DNA of 64,000 nucleotides, from the IMG/VR virus record IMGVR_UViG_3300025816_000006, positions 32,001-96,000 of that record; one strand, written 5' to 3'. The position numbers and the translations under genes are program-made. This stretch comes from a virus. Positions 9,557-18,867 of this stretch are shown piece by piece; position 1 is the stretch's first letter, and each line of letters starts with the position of its first letter. Below the pieces are notes generated by a model. The model saw only the letters and a list, made by a program, of their open reading frames with translations. It was not told the DNA's origin and ran no database searches.

Positions 9557-9853
9557 ATGGCAGAATTTAGAATAGAAATCGCAGACTCAGACGTTAATAG
9601 AGTCTTGACATCTTTTGCTGCAAATTACCGAAGACCAGATCAAGTAAATAACCCAGACTTTGATTCAACTCAGCCAATTTCTGATATTAACCCGCAAATG
9701 ATTGACAATCCAGAAACCCTTGCTCAGTTTGGCAATAGAATGGTTAGAAATTTTTTAGCAGAAAATGTATCAGCGTATGAGATTAGACTTGCAAAACAGC
9801 AAGCCGCAGATGCTTTGAATACAAATGTCTCAATTAGTGATCCGGCAATTTAA
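9557..9853 (+). CDS. Hypothetical protein
   Basis: 98 aa, AAGGA RBS upstream. Confidence 0.75.
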   Translation: MAEFRIEIADSDVNRVLTSFAANYRRPDQVNNPDFDSTQPISDINPQMIDNPETLAQFGNRMVRNFLAENVSAYEIRLAKQQAADALNTNVSISDPAI

Positions 9854-10092
9854 TGTTTGTAGGTGTTTGTTATAGCGAATTTCCGCTCTGTACGTCTGAA
9901 GAAATGACCAAGACGTTTAACGGAGAGGTTGTAGAGTATGATATATCAATAGACCAACAACTTCTTGAAGATATTCACGTTAACCAAAAATATAGCAATA
10001 TCGTGTATATTAATACAGGGGAATCATTTACTACAAGTATAGATAAACAAGTAAAATACGACATTTATATAGATCAGCAATTAAAACTATAG
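9853..10092 (+). CDS. Small hypothetical protein with five 10-aa repeats
   Basis: TAATG-coupled. Repeats YDISIDQQLL/EDIHVNQKYS/NIVYINTGES/FTTSIDKQVK/YDIYIDQQLK. Confidence 0.65.
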   Translation: MFVGVCYSEFPLCTSEEMTKTFNGEVVEYDISIDQQLLEDIHVNQKYSNIVYINTGESFTTSIDKQVKYDIYIDQQLKL

Positions 10093-10105
10093 TTTGGAAA
10101 AATAA

Positions 10106-10423
10106 ATGGCTAGTGAAATACATAAGGACGACGTAGGAACTAGATTCTTACTTACAGTAAAAGACGGTTCAGATGTTGTCAATGTTTCTGGCGCTGTTGC
10201 GCTACAAGTGGATTTTAGAAAACCAAGCGACACCATTGTAAATAGGTCTGCGCTGAGACTAGACGATGGAAGCTCAATTTCAGGCGTTATATATTACGAT
10301 GCCGTTGCGGGTGATTTAGATGAAGCTGGAAACTACAAGCTCCAAGGAAGAGTTTTTCTTGGTGGAGGAAGTGGGACTTTTTACACAGATATTCACACAT
10401 TCAAAGTACACTGTAATCTATAG
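10106..10423 (+). CDS. Virion structural protein, BppU N-terminal-like Ig-fold domain
   Basis: Pattern DVGTRFLLTVKD...VNVSGA...FRKP...GVIYY...GDLDEAGNY..QG...TDIHTFKV resembles BppU_N-like phage proteins. Confidence 0.6.
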   Translation: MASEIHKDDVGTRFLLTVKDGSDVVNVSGAVALQVDFRKPSDTIVNRSALRLDDGSSISGVIYYDAVAGDLDEAGNYKLQGRVFLGGGSGTFYTDIHTFKVHCNL

Positions 10424-10431
10424 AGGTAATT

Positions 10432-10950
10432 ATGAGTTGGCAAGGTCAAATGTCCACAATAGTAAGACATCTGGTAGACGATCTAGATTCTAGTTCTTAC
10501 ACCTACAGCGATAAAAGAATAGAAACTTCAATCTTAGTGGCTTCTCAGTTGATGGTGATGAATGTTGACTTTAACAATACTTACACAATAAATGTAGAGA
10601 CTTGCTCACTTTCGCCCGACCCTACAGATGCGGGAACAAAAGACGATCCCTTTGTAACACTATCTTGCATTCGTGCAGCGTGTATAATCATAGGAAGTCA
10701 GATAAGGAAAGAGTCTGGTAACGCGATATCCATCAAAGATGGCCCATCTGCAATTGACCTCAGAGGGGTCACGCAAACACTCATAGTTCTTTATAAAGAT
10801 TTATGTGAAAAATACGAAAATTTACTACTAGAATACAGGGCTGGAAATAGTGTTGCTGGTCATGCCATACTTGGCCCTTATTCCCCCGGTTCAGAATTTA
10901 TTTCAAGAAATAATACAGGCCATAGATCTGGCGGATATTTCAACTATTAG
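10432..10950 (+). CDS. Putative head-tail adaptor/connector protein
   Basis: Helical N-terminus IVRHLVDDLDSSSYTYSDKRI, an ISIKDGPSAID hairpin, and size and position ahead of the tail genes. Confidence 0.55.
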   Translation: MSWQGQMSTIVRHLVDDLDSSSYTYSDKRIETSILVASQLMVMNVDFNNTYTINVETCSLSPDPTDAGTKDDPFVTLSCIRAACIIIGSQIRKESGNAISIKDGPSAIDLRGVTQTLIVLYKDLCEKYENLLLEYRAGNSVAGHAILGPYSPGSEFISRNNTGHRSGGYFNY

Positions 10951-10960
10951 GAGAGAATAA

Positions 10961-11923
10961 ATGGCTACTATGAAAAGCTCTGGTGACTTACTTGCTAGTA
11001 TCGGCGCAGATTTATCAGATAATAACGCAGGTCTTATTTCTGCTGAAGACGTAAGACATAACATGGAAGATACTGTGTTTTCCATAAATAGGATTGTTGC
11101 CAGCGGTGATACAGAAGTTGAATTCCCGTTTTTTAACAATGTGACCATCTCCAATGCTCATGGCACCAAAGGTAAGCTTTTTGTTGAGTCTGGAATAATG
11201 TTTCCAAATTCTCCAACTGTCTCTGAAAGAACTGAGATCCAACTTAGACCTTGGCTTGGTCCCGGTGGTATCCAGCATAATGATTTAGCTGGGTTAACAG
11301 TAGGAGACGTGCATACTCAATACATTCCTATCAATGGAAGTAGGGCGCTTACAGGTAATTTTGCAGCATCTAATAAATGGATAAACTCTTCCGGCACTGT
11401 AAATGGCGACAGTAATGACAACGGAATAAAATTTGTGTACAATAGTCCAACGGTTGGTGATGATGTTGTCGTCGGTACTTCTGGGCATCTAAAATTCAAT
11501 AAAGATCAATCCAGTGTGGATAGTTTTCACGGAGTCGCAAAAGCTTGGTTAAATTTTGACGGAAGCGGTAACGCTGCGCCTCATCATCCAGAAATTAGAT
11601 CTTACCACAACATTCATAGTCTTCAAAGAATAGCAAAGGGTACTTTTAAAGTTACCTTTACTAGTGGTACATTTATGGATAACAATTATGTAGCTATTGG
11701 GTCAAGTAATGGTGAGGGTACTTCCGGTACTTACGACACCATAGACGTAAACACCGTTGGCATACTTCTTAGAGAAGGTGACGATGGAACTGATCTTAGA
11801 AGCCTACACTTTACCGTCAAAACAGATGACAATGATAATGTAAATGCTAAAATAAACGAGCTAGTTTGCTACGGCTTGGAGCCGGGGTCTAATTCTGGCG
11901 TAGAACCCATTATTATAACTTAG
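10961..11923 (+). CDS. Virion structural protein, fibre/collar-like
   Basis: Fibre-type C-terminus AKAWLNFDG...IRSYHNIHSLQRIAKGTFKVTF; GGAG RBS; 9 SG dipeptides. Confidence 0.65.
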   Translation: MATMKSSGDLLASIGADLSDNNAGLISAEDVRHNMEDTVFSINRIVASGDTEVEFPFFNNVTISNAHGTKGKLFVESGIMFPNSPTVSERTEIQLRPWLGPGGIQHNDLAGLTVGDVHTQYIPINGSRALTGNFAASNKWINSSGTVNGDSNDNGIKFVYNSPTVGDDVVVGTSGHLKFNKDQSSVDSFHGVAKAWLNFDGSGNAAPHHPEIRSYHNIHSLQRIAKGTFKVTFTSGTFMDNNYVAIGSSNGEGTSGTYDTIDVNTVGILLREGDDGTDLRSLHFTVKTDDNDNVNAKINELVCYGLEPGSNSGVEPIIIT

Positions 11924-11930
11924 GGTTTAA

Positions 11931-12875
11931 ATGTCTGATAAAATAAAACTTAGAGATCGAATAAAAGAAAAAAGCTATAGCGTAGGAACTGGCTCTATAC
12001 TTCTAGAGGGCAAGTTTGATGGTTTTAGCTCTTTTTCTGGTGTCTATGCGTCTGGCGAGGCTCTATTTTACGCTATTAGTGATGGTTCTAAATATGAGGT
12101 AGGTTCTGGCGTTTACATAGAAACAGAAACTGCATCTATGATTTCTAGAGCGCCGTTTGACACTAGTAACGACTCTGATACAATTATTGATTTCCCTGTT
12201 GGGTTAAAGCAAGTTTATGTATCATATCCCGGAAGATATTCCGTATTTAGTTCAAGTGGAAACACACCTGAAGCCAGCGGTTTAGCTTACTGGTCTTCTG
12301 AACATGCGATTGCTTATAATTCCAATTTAGTTTGGGATTCTACAAACTCAAACCTTGGCATCAAAGAGTCTAATCCTGAGTATGCAATAGACGTTGGGGG
12401 TGGTGACAATCACTTGTCTACGATTAGATCTTCAGGATTCATTGTGGGCGATTCTGGAATTATGTTTAGTGGCATAAATCCATTATACTCTGGAGGCAGA
12501 CAGTTAGAACCATTTATAAGAAATAAACTAAACGCTACGACTTATTCCGACGACGTGCTTGAGCTTAGTGGCGTTGTAAGCCAAAACATACTATTAAAAA
12601 AACAACCCGCTAGCACCGTATTTGCTGGTCCATCTGGAGATTGTGGTTGCACAAGTGATTACCCATCATTTAGACCTCTAAGGTTTGATGACATAAATGG
12701 CGTAAATCAGATAATAAATAGCAGTGGTAATTTAGCCGTTCCCGTTTATGATACTGTTCAGCAAGTTATAACTAATATAACTTCAAACCAAACGGGAGCT
12801 ATAGCATTTGCAAAGAATGACAGTTTTATAATGATAGCCAATGGGACAAGTTGGGTTAGTGGTCAATTAATTTAA
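11931..12875 (+). CDS. Virion structural protein, fibre-like
   Basis: Motifs KLRDRIKE, YEVGSG, LGIKESNPEYAIDV and VFAGPSG...PSFRPL; 13 SG dipeptides. Confidence 0.65.
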   Translation: MSDKIKLRDRIKEKSYSVGTGSILLEGKFDGFSSFSGVYASGEALFYAISDGSKYEVGSGVYIETETASMISRAPFDTSNDSDTIIDFPVGLKQVYVSYPGRYSVFSSSGNTPEASGLAYWSSEHAIAYNSNLVWDSTNSNLGIKESNPEYAIDVGGGDNHLSTIRSSGFIVGDSGIMFSGINPLYSGGRQLEPFIRNKLNATTYSDDVLELSGVVSQNILLKKQPASTVFAGPSGDCGCTSDYPSFRPLRFDDINGVNQIINSSGNLAVPVYDTVQQVITNITSNQTGAIAFAKNDSFIMIANGTSWVSGQLI

Positions 12876-12893
12876 TAATACTCGGAGAGAAAA

Positions 12894-13091
12894 ATGTCAG
12901 ACGTAATCAGGCCAGTTATTACATCGAAAGTTATAAAGAATGGCACCATTATAACGTATCAAAATAATACCGGCGAATTTTCTAAAAGAGATCCAGATCT
13001 TAATTCTCATCAACCCTCTGGAACTATACAGTCAAATCTAACCGACAGGTTTGACGACGTTAGATATTACTCTGGAGATACGGCGAATTAG
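12894..13091 (+). CDS. Small hypothetical protein
   Basis: 65 aa, GGAG RBS, fills the gap between structural genes. Confidence 0.65.
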   Translation: MSDVIRPVITSKVIKNGTIITYQNNTGEFSKRDPDLNSHQPSGTIQSNLTDRFDDVRYYSGDTAN

Positions 13092-13095
13092 TGAT

Positions 13096-13578
13096 ATGCC
13101 TATAACTATACCTCAATCAGTATTCGATAAGTACTACGACGTAGTTGACTCCACGTTTAATATATTTGGAGTTACCTGTCAATTAGTATACATAGAAAAA
13201 GTAGAAGTTATAGACAATACTTTTAATAATATTCCAGATAATAGATCTGTAAATCCGCACAGAAGACCGGGTGGTGGAAATTACAGAAGAGACAACAAGG
13301 TTATTAAAGAAGTAGAAAAGACTGAGGATATTAAAATCAAGGTATATTGGGACAGTAAAAACTGGACTAATGTGGGCGGCAACATTGTGTTACCTGAAAA
13401 TGGAATACAGACGATATTTTATGCTACAGATTTAGATAAGATCACAAGGGCCAAAGAGTTGATTGTCCACAAAGACATAAAAGACTTAAAAGAGATGAGA
13501 TTTAGGCGGGCTGGAGAACCTTTTCCTATGGGTTTAAAACAAGAAAGATATTTTGGCTGCTTCTGGGAGAGGTCATGA
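13096..13578 (+). CDS. Putative head-closure/neck protein
   Basis: ATG at 13096 after the upstream stop; beta-rich ~160 aa; function inferred from position in the head-tail joining module. Confidence 0.5.
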   Translation: MPITIPQSVFDKYYDVVDSTFNIFGVTCQLVYIEKVEVIDNTFNNIPDNRSVNPHRRPGGGNYRRDNKVIKEVEKTEDIKIKVYWDSKNWTNVGGNIVLPENGIQTIFYATDLDKITRAKELIVHKDIKDLKEMRFRRAGEPFPMGLKQERYFGCFWERS

Positions 13579-14204
13579 TTACCGTAAAAATAAAAGAATC
13601 AGACTTACAGCTACAGAGATCTATAAATAAAGCTATTGCTGAACATATAAATAAAAAGATTAGATCTAAAAACAATTTTTTAGTAGGAAAAATAAAAAGG
13701 GCTGTTGAAAACTGGGTTTCTTCTCAGCCGGAAATAAAAAGCTTACTGTCTGATGGAGTTCCAAATAGCCTGAATTCTCAATTTGGATTAGCCAGAGGTT
13801 CTTCTAAAGGTGCTGTTAGTAGTATCGTAAAGGCAGTAGTTGATGCTACACAAGTCAAAGTCACCAAAGTTAACGAAAAACTAGAAGGCGGTATAGAGTT
13901 TAGATTTCAGCCTAAAGATTTTGTTAATTTGCTTTCTCTTTCTTCCGGTGTCGCTGCAACAGAAAAAGGGGCAAATCTAAGATGGCTTGAGTGGCTTTTA
14001 AAGGAAGGCGATAGAATTGTAGTTATAGGATATAGATATCAACCCTCTGAAGACGGTCGTGCTGGAGGAGGAACTATGCTTTCTGGGAGTGGCTTTAGGG
14101 TTCCACCTCAATTCTCTGGTACAGTAGAAGATAACTTTATAACCAGAGCCTTTTCTGGCAGAAGTAGTGAATTAAGTCAATTGCTGTCCGGGGTATTTAG
14201 ATAA
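13575..14204 (+). CDS. Putative tail-completion/neck protein
   Basis: Basic N-terminus, WLEWLL and FRVPPQFSGTVEDNFITRA; lies between the head-closure-like and terminator-like genes. Confidence 0.5.
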   Translation: MITVKIKESDLQLQRSINKAIAEHINKKIRSKNNFLVGKIKRAVENWVSSQPEIKSLLSDGVPNSLNSQFGLARGSSKGAVSSIVKAVVDATQVKVTKVNEKLEGGIEFRFQPKDFVNLLSLSSGVAATEKGANLRWLEWLLKEGDRIVVIGYRYQPSEDGRAGGGTMLSGSGFRVPPQFSGTVEDNFITRAFSGRSSELSQLLSGVFR

Positions 14205-15178
14205 TGGGTACTTTCCAAAAACTAAAAGGTATTTCAGATGTATTTGAGTACACTCTTAACAATGATATTCAGGATGGGCTGATTGAATATTTTGACTGGG
14301 CCTTACTTGATATTGGTAATTATTTTAATTCAACACTTGGAGAGTCCTCTCCAAACGGTCAAGACTATAGTAAACTAAGGCTTTCTTCAAATGATCAGTA
14401 TACAGCAGGTCAAGTTTGGGAGGGGTTTAGAAAAAATTGGATATGGCAGAGCGGGGTAAATTATTCTCCAGCGCCTTTAGTTGGCACTAATAATGTAAAA
14501 CCGGGAGTTTCTGGTGTTTATGTTGACGATGTATTTTATCCAAACACAACAACTGGAACTTATGCTCATACAATAGATCATTTTAACGGAAGAGTTATCT
14601 TTGACTCTGCTATACCATCTACGTCAAAAGTTCAAGCAGAACATAGCTACAAATGGATTAATGTTGTTTATGCAAATTCTGTGCCTTGGTTAAGAGAAAT
14701 ACAAACCGAAACAACTGAGCCAACTAGCAGTTTTTTTGATAAAGATAAGGGAAGTTGGAATATTCCTCCCGAATCTAGGCTGCAATTACCCGCAATCGCC
14801 GTAGAGGTTGTTGCGACTAGAAGGTTTAAAGCTTATGCTCTTGGAGGAGGACAATGGGTATATACAGATGTTATATTCCACTGTTTGGCAGAGGATGAAA
14901 TAACTAGAAATAAGCTTATAGACATTATTTCTATGCAAAGTGACAAAAATGTACCACTTTTTGATAGTAATAGTATAAATACAAGCGGAGACTACCCTCT
15001 GGACTACCAAGGAGTTCCTGTATCTGGAGCTTTGAGGTATCCAGAACTAGTGGAAAAACATAACGGAGGAACCTTGAGGCTAACAAACGCTATTGTACAG
15101 GACATGATCAGTGTAGATTCTGATATATTTGGAGGCGTTGTCAGATTTACAACAGAGGGAATTAAAACCAATATATAA
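14204..15178 (+). CDS. Putative tail terminator protein
   Basis: C-terminal QLPAIAVEV...DVIFHCLAEDEITRNKLIDII; directly upstream of the major tail gene. Confidence 0.5.
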   Translation: MGTFQKLKGISDVFEYTLNNDIQDGLIEYFDWALLDIGNYFNSTLGESSPNGQDYSKLRLSSNDQYTAGQVWEGFRKNWIWQSGVNYSPAPLVGTNNVKPGVSGVYVDDVFYPNTTTGTYAHTIDHFNGRVIFDSAIPSTSKVQAEHSYKWINVVYANSVPWLREIQTETTEPTSSFFDKDKGSWNIPPESRLQLPAIAVEVVATRRFKAYALGGGQWVYTDVIFHCLAEDEITRNKLIDIISMQSDKNVPLFDSNSINTSGDYPLDYQGVPVSGALRYPELVEKHNGGTLRLTNAIVQDMISVDSDIFGGVVRFTTEGIKTNI

Positions 15179-15183
15179 TTTTT

Positions 15184-15229
15184 GTGTATAATAATATAGA
15201 AAATTTTTCTTTAAAAGGAGAGACTTAAA
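15184..15229 (+). promoter_or_regulatory. Candidate promoter GTGTATAATA, inverted repeat AGAAAA-T-TTTTCT and AGGAG RBS
   Basis: Intergenic; closely similar leader at 53400-53442. Confidence 0.65.
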
Positions 15230-16495
15230 ATGTCCAGTAATAATAGAATTCTTTATTCGTGCCAAGTGCCAGCGATTGTTAATCACGGCGTTGGTGGTAG
15301 CGGTCTTGGTGGCAACGTAGATGCCAGAATAGCTCCCGGTATGGTTCATGGTGTACAAAGTATCGGTATTACCACCAACTTTAATCTAGAACAAGCGTTT
15401 GAGTTAGGTCAAATCGAGATTTATGAGAATATCGAGGGTACTCCCGACGTTGAAGTTACGATGGAGAAATTCATCGACGGCTATCCGTTAATGTATCTTT
15501 TGGCTTCAACTGGTGTCACTGGATCTAACGCTAGCGGTCTTGTTGCCCGATCTAAAGAGCGGTGTGACGTGGTTTTAGGCATTTTTGGCGAAGAATTCAA
15601 CAATGTAGCAGCGGCGGGTGGTGACGCTGAAGCTGAAGTTTACATGTCTGGTATGTACATTTCTAGTATCTCCTACAATATTCCGGTTGATGGAACCTGT
15701 ACTGAATCTATTACACTGGTTGGAAATAGTAAAGAATGGCTAACTGGTGATACTGTTTCCATGAGTGGTGCAGCTGTTAATGATTTTGACGGTCTAGACC
15801 AACCTTTGTCTATGGGTGTTACTGGTCCGTTTGGTCCCAGTGGTGGTCTTCAAAGACGTGAAGATGTGCTTCTTGAGCATAGTATCTTGCCTGTTGGTAT
15901 TCAGGGTGTTAACGGAACTGGGCTTGGTAATTCCTATAGAGAAACTGAAGCATCTTACGCAGCAAGCGCTTCAATAGCCGATCAAAACACAGCAAGAAAT
16001 CTAGCGAGATTTACAGCCAGTGGATTGGGTGTTCACGTTCAAAGTGTTAGTATTAGTACTGACTTTAGTCGTGAAGACGTTTTCGAGCTTGGTAGAAAAA
16101 CTCCTTTCTATCGTCCTGCTAACTTCCCCATTGAAGTTAGCTGTGAGATTGAAGCTATTACCACTTCTGGTGACTTCATTAACGCACTTGAAAATGGAGA
16201 CCCATCACTCTTCCAGACCACAGCTTCTGGTAATAATACCGGAGAAGAGAATATCTTCTTTACGCTTCGTGGTGGTATAACAATTGATGTTGGTACTAAG
16301 AATAGACTTTCAAGTGTTAGTTATGGTGGAGCAGACGCAACTGGTGGTAACGCATCGTGTACCTACAGCTACACTAACTTTAACGACTTGGATGTTAAGC
16401 AGCTTGGTCATAACGATATCACCAAGATGGGTTTCAAAGACACAAACGCAACTACATACTTCAAAACGCAGACCGACAGTGAAGGCGATGCATAA
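15230..16495 (+). CDS. Major tail tube protein (putative)
   Basis: Internal two-fold repeat HGVQSIGITTNFNLEQAFELG / VHVQSVSISTDFSREDVFELG; strong RBS and own promoter; lies upstream of the chaperone-like genes and tape measure. Confidence 0.7.
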   Translation: MSSNNRILYSCQVPAIVNHGVGGSGLGGNVDARIAPGMVHGVQSIGITTNFNLEQAFELGQIEIYENIEGTPDVEVTMEKFIDGYPLMYLLASTGVTGSNASGLVARSKERCDVVLGIFGEEFNNVAAAGGDAEAEVYMSGMYISSISYNIPVDGTCTESITLVGNSKEWLTGDTVSMSGAAVNDFDGLDQPLSMGVTGPFGPSGGLQRREDVLLEHSILPVGIQGVNGTGLGNSYRETEASYAASASIADQNTARNLARFTASGLGVHVQSVSISTDFSREDVFELGRKTPFYRPANFPIEVSCEIEAITTSGDFINALENGDPSLFQTTASGNNTGEENIFFTLRGGITIDVGTKNRLSSVSYGGADATGGNASCTYSYTNFNDLDVKQLGHNDITKMGFKDTNATTYFKTQTDSEGDA

Positions 16496-16588
16496 TAATT
16501 AACCACTAAGCGATAGCTTTCAGGACAGCAAGTAAAGTGGAATAGGAAAGGATAATATGAATATACAAACTCCCGCCGTGAGGTTTCT

Positions 16589-17626
16589 ATGAAGCAACAT
16601 GAGCGGGAGTATTTTGTATCTAGGATAAGGTCTGGATTTTATGTTGCTAAATATAATGAATCTAGATTAAAGATATTGACTCCGACTATAGAAGATGAGT
16701 TTGAAATAAATCAGGACTTTATGGATTCCTACGAATCTTCTTTAGAAAGAGGATTAAAAACAGAAGACGAGATGATAGAATGGATGATCGAACGTGGTTT
16801 ATGGGGGAATGAAGACGAAGAAAGAATAAAAGGATTAGATAAAGACATAGAAAGATTAAAGTTAGAGATATATCAGGCCGCTAATGACGATAAACTTAAA
16901 AGTCAAATAAGACTATATTTAAGAGCAGGAGAGAAGCAGCTATCTCAAATGCACAGCAAAAAGTCTAAGTATTTTTTAAACACATGCGAAGGCGTAGCTA
17001 ATATTTGTAAAATACATAAAATGCTCAAGCTATGTACTTATAACGGCTCAGACTTGTGTGACTTTGATTTATTCCCAATTGATTTAATTTCTAATTATTA
17101 TTTCTCGATGGTTCTGGGGGAGCGCAAAATAAGAGAGCTTGCCAGAACAGATCCTTGGAGGGGCATCTGGTCTATGAATGATTCTAATGCTTATAAATTA
17201 TTTTCTAACTTAGATAGACAACTGTCAATTGATCAAAGAAATATACTAATATGGTCTAGAATGTATGATAATGTTCAGGAGTCTTTAGAGTGTCCTTCTG
17301 ATGATATTATTGAGGATGACGACATGTTAGACGGCTGGTTTATTAGTCAGAGGAAAAAGCGAGAACAAGAAAAAACAGAAGCGGAGATAGAGGGTACGAT
17401 GAATGAAAAAGTAGCAAATTCTAGCGAAGTTTACGTAGTGGCTAAATCTCAAAAAGATCACGAAAGAATCGAAAGCTTAAATAATCCACATGCTAAAATG
17501 GTTAAAAAACAAAGAATGGCGGTGATCAAACAAAAGGGAAAGGCTGGTCAGTTGGATTTTCAAGACGAAAAATTAAAAATGAGAGCGAAACAAACTGATC
17601 AATACAAGGAAAAATTTAGGAGATAA
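16589..17626 (+). CDS. Putative tail assembly chaperone (long form)
   Basis: Charged, helical, between tail tube and tape measure; N-terminal half aligns by eye with 17984..18832. Confidence 0.55.
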   Translation: MKQHEREYFVSRIRSGFYVAKYNESRLKILTPTIEDEFEINQDFMDSYESSLERGLKTEDEMIEWMIERGLWGNEDEERIKGLDKDIERLKLEIYQAANDDKLKSQIRLYLRAGEKQLSQMHSKKSKYFLNTCEGVANICKIHKMLKLCTYNGSDLCDFDLFPIDLISNYYFSMVLGERKIRELARTDPWRGIWSMNDSNAYKLFSNLDRQLSIDQRNILIWSRMYDNVQESLECPSDDIIEDDDMLDGWFISQRKKREQEKTEAEIEGTMNEKVANSSEVYVVAKSQKDHERIESLNNPHAKMVKKQRMAVIKQKGKAGQLDFQDEKLKMRAKQTDQYKEKFRR

Positions 17627-17628
17627 AA

Positions 17629-17994
17629 ATGGAGGATTATAATAATCTTATCAGACAACATTCTGAGTATAAAAAGGTAAAGGAGGATAAATATAGATGT
17701 GACTCAAAAGATAGACTTTCTAAGATATTAAGAAAAAAAGTTGAAACTACAATGATTGGCGCACTAAGCTCTATGGAAAAACACCTTGGGTTCCTTTGGA
17801 CCAGCGAGGGAGATTTAACCCCAGAACAAAAAACCATGTATGATATCTACCAGAAAGTTAGAGAAGAGGTGCTAGACAAAGGTAACTCTCAAGCTAGAAA
17901 CGTTGACGCAGAACTAAATCAATATGAAGTAAAGTGGTTAAGATACACTTCTACTATTCCGGTAAAAACCAAAAAGGAAGGAAATGATGAATAA
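17629..17994 (+). CDS. Hypothetical protein
   Basis: 121 aa, GGAG RBS. Confidence 0.75.
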   Translation: MEDYNNLIRQHSEYKKVKEDKYRCDSKDRLSKILRKKVETTMIGALSSMEKHLGFLWTSEGDLTPEQKTMYDIYQKVREEVLDKGNSQARNVDAELNQYEVKWLRYTSTIPVKTKKEGNDE

Positions 17995-18832
17995 AAAAGA
18001 CGTAACTGTAACTCTTCAAGACGACAAAGAGGTTAAGATTTATGTAACTTCTCCCACCGCAAAAACGGTGCAGAGGGCAGATAGATACAGAGCTAAAACT
18101 TGGACTGAATGCATTGAAGATGGCATCAAGACTAAAGATGAGTTAGCCACGATGATGAAGAATCGTGGAGTCTGGACGAAAGACCACGAAGAAAGAGAGC
18201 GCGATATCACTCAGAAATTGATTCAGTGTGAAAAAGACTTATATCTTGGTAACGGAAAAAAGAAGGTTCCCCTATCTGATGGCAAGGAAATTGCCGTAAA
18301 AATGAGAGTTTTGAGAAACGAGCTTAGGCAGCTTTATATGGAAAGATCTTCTTTGGAACAGAATTCAGCAGAGGCGTTGGCAGATAACGCTAGATTTGAT
18401 TATCTTGTGTCTGGCTCTACCTTCTATGAAAACGGAGAAAAGGTGTATAATGGTATAGAAGATTATAACAGTAAAAGTTCAGATGAGGTCGCTTTTGCGG
18501 CAGCGGGCGCTTTAGCTGAAATGATGTATAATTATGACCCATCGACAGAGCAAAATCTACCAGAAAACAAGTGGTTAAAAACATTTGAATTAGTAGATGA
18601 TAATCTTAGTTTAGTAAACGAAGATAAAAAGTTGGTGGATTTAGATGGTAGAACTATTAATGAATTTGGCTTTTTTGTCAATGAAGATGGTAGCAGGATA
18701 GATAAAGACGGAAACCTTTTGGACGATAATGGTAATTACGTAATCAAGGTGGATTACGAAAAACCAAGTTCCAGAAAAAAACCAAGGAAAACTACAAGAA
18801 CTACAAAAACAAAAGTAACAACGGAAAGTTAA
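17984..18832 (+). CDS. Putative tail assembly chaperone
   Basis: Immediately upstream of the tape measure; paralogue of 16589..17626; DxDG repeats and a basic C-terminal tail. Confidence 0.55.
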   Translation: MMNKKDVTVTLQDDKEVKIYVTSPTAKTVQRADRYRAKTWTECIEDGIKTKDELATMMKNRGVWTKDHEERERDITQKLIQCEKDLYLGNGKKKVPLSDGKEIAVKMRVLRNELRQLYMERSSLEQNSAEALADNARFDYLVSGSTFYENGEKVYNGIEDYNSKSSDEVAFAAAGALAEMMYNYDPSTEQNLPENKWLKTFELVDDNLSLVNEDKKLVDLDGRTINEFGFFVNEDGSRIDKDGNLLDDNGNYVIKVDYEKPSSRKKPRKTTRTTKTKVTTES

Positions 18833-18867
18833 AGGGTAGTGTGGTCAATATTTCCTAGAGAGATACA

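Noticed and set aside
15230-16495. Tail sheath or major capsid assignment
   Set aside because: No sheath or HK97-fold motifs recognised; position and internal two-fold beta repeat fit a tail tube better.
17700-18832. Programmed -1 frameshift at A-runs in the chaperone region
   Set aside because: Each ORF has its own RBS and start, and only 35 bp separate 18832 from the tape measure start, leaving no room for a frameshift extension.
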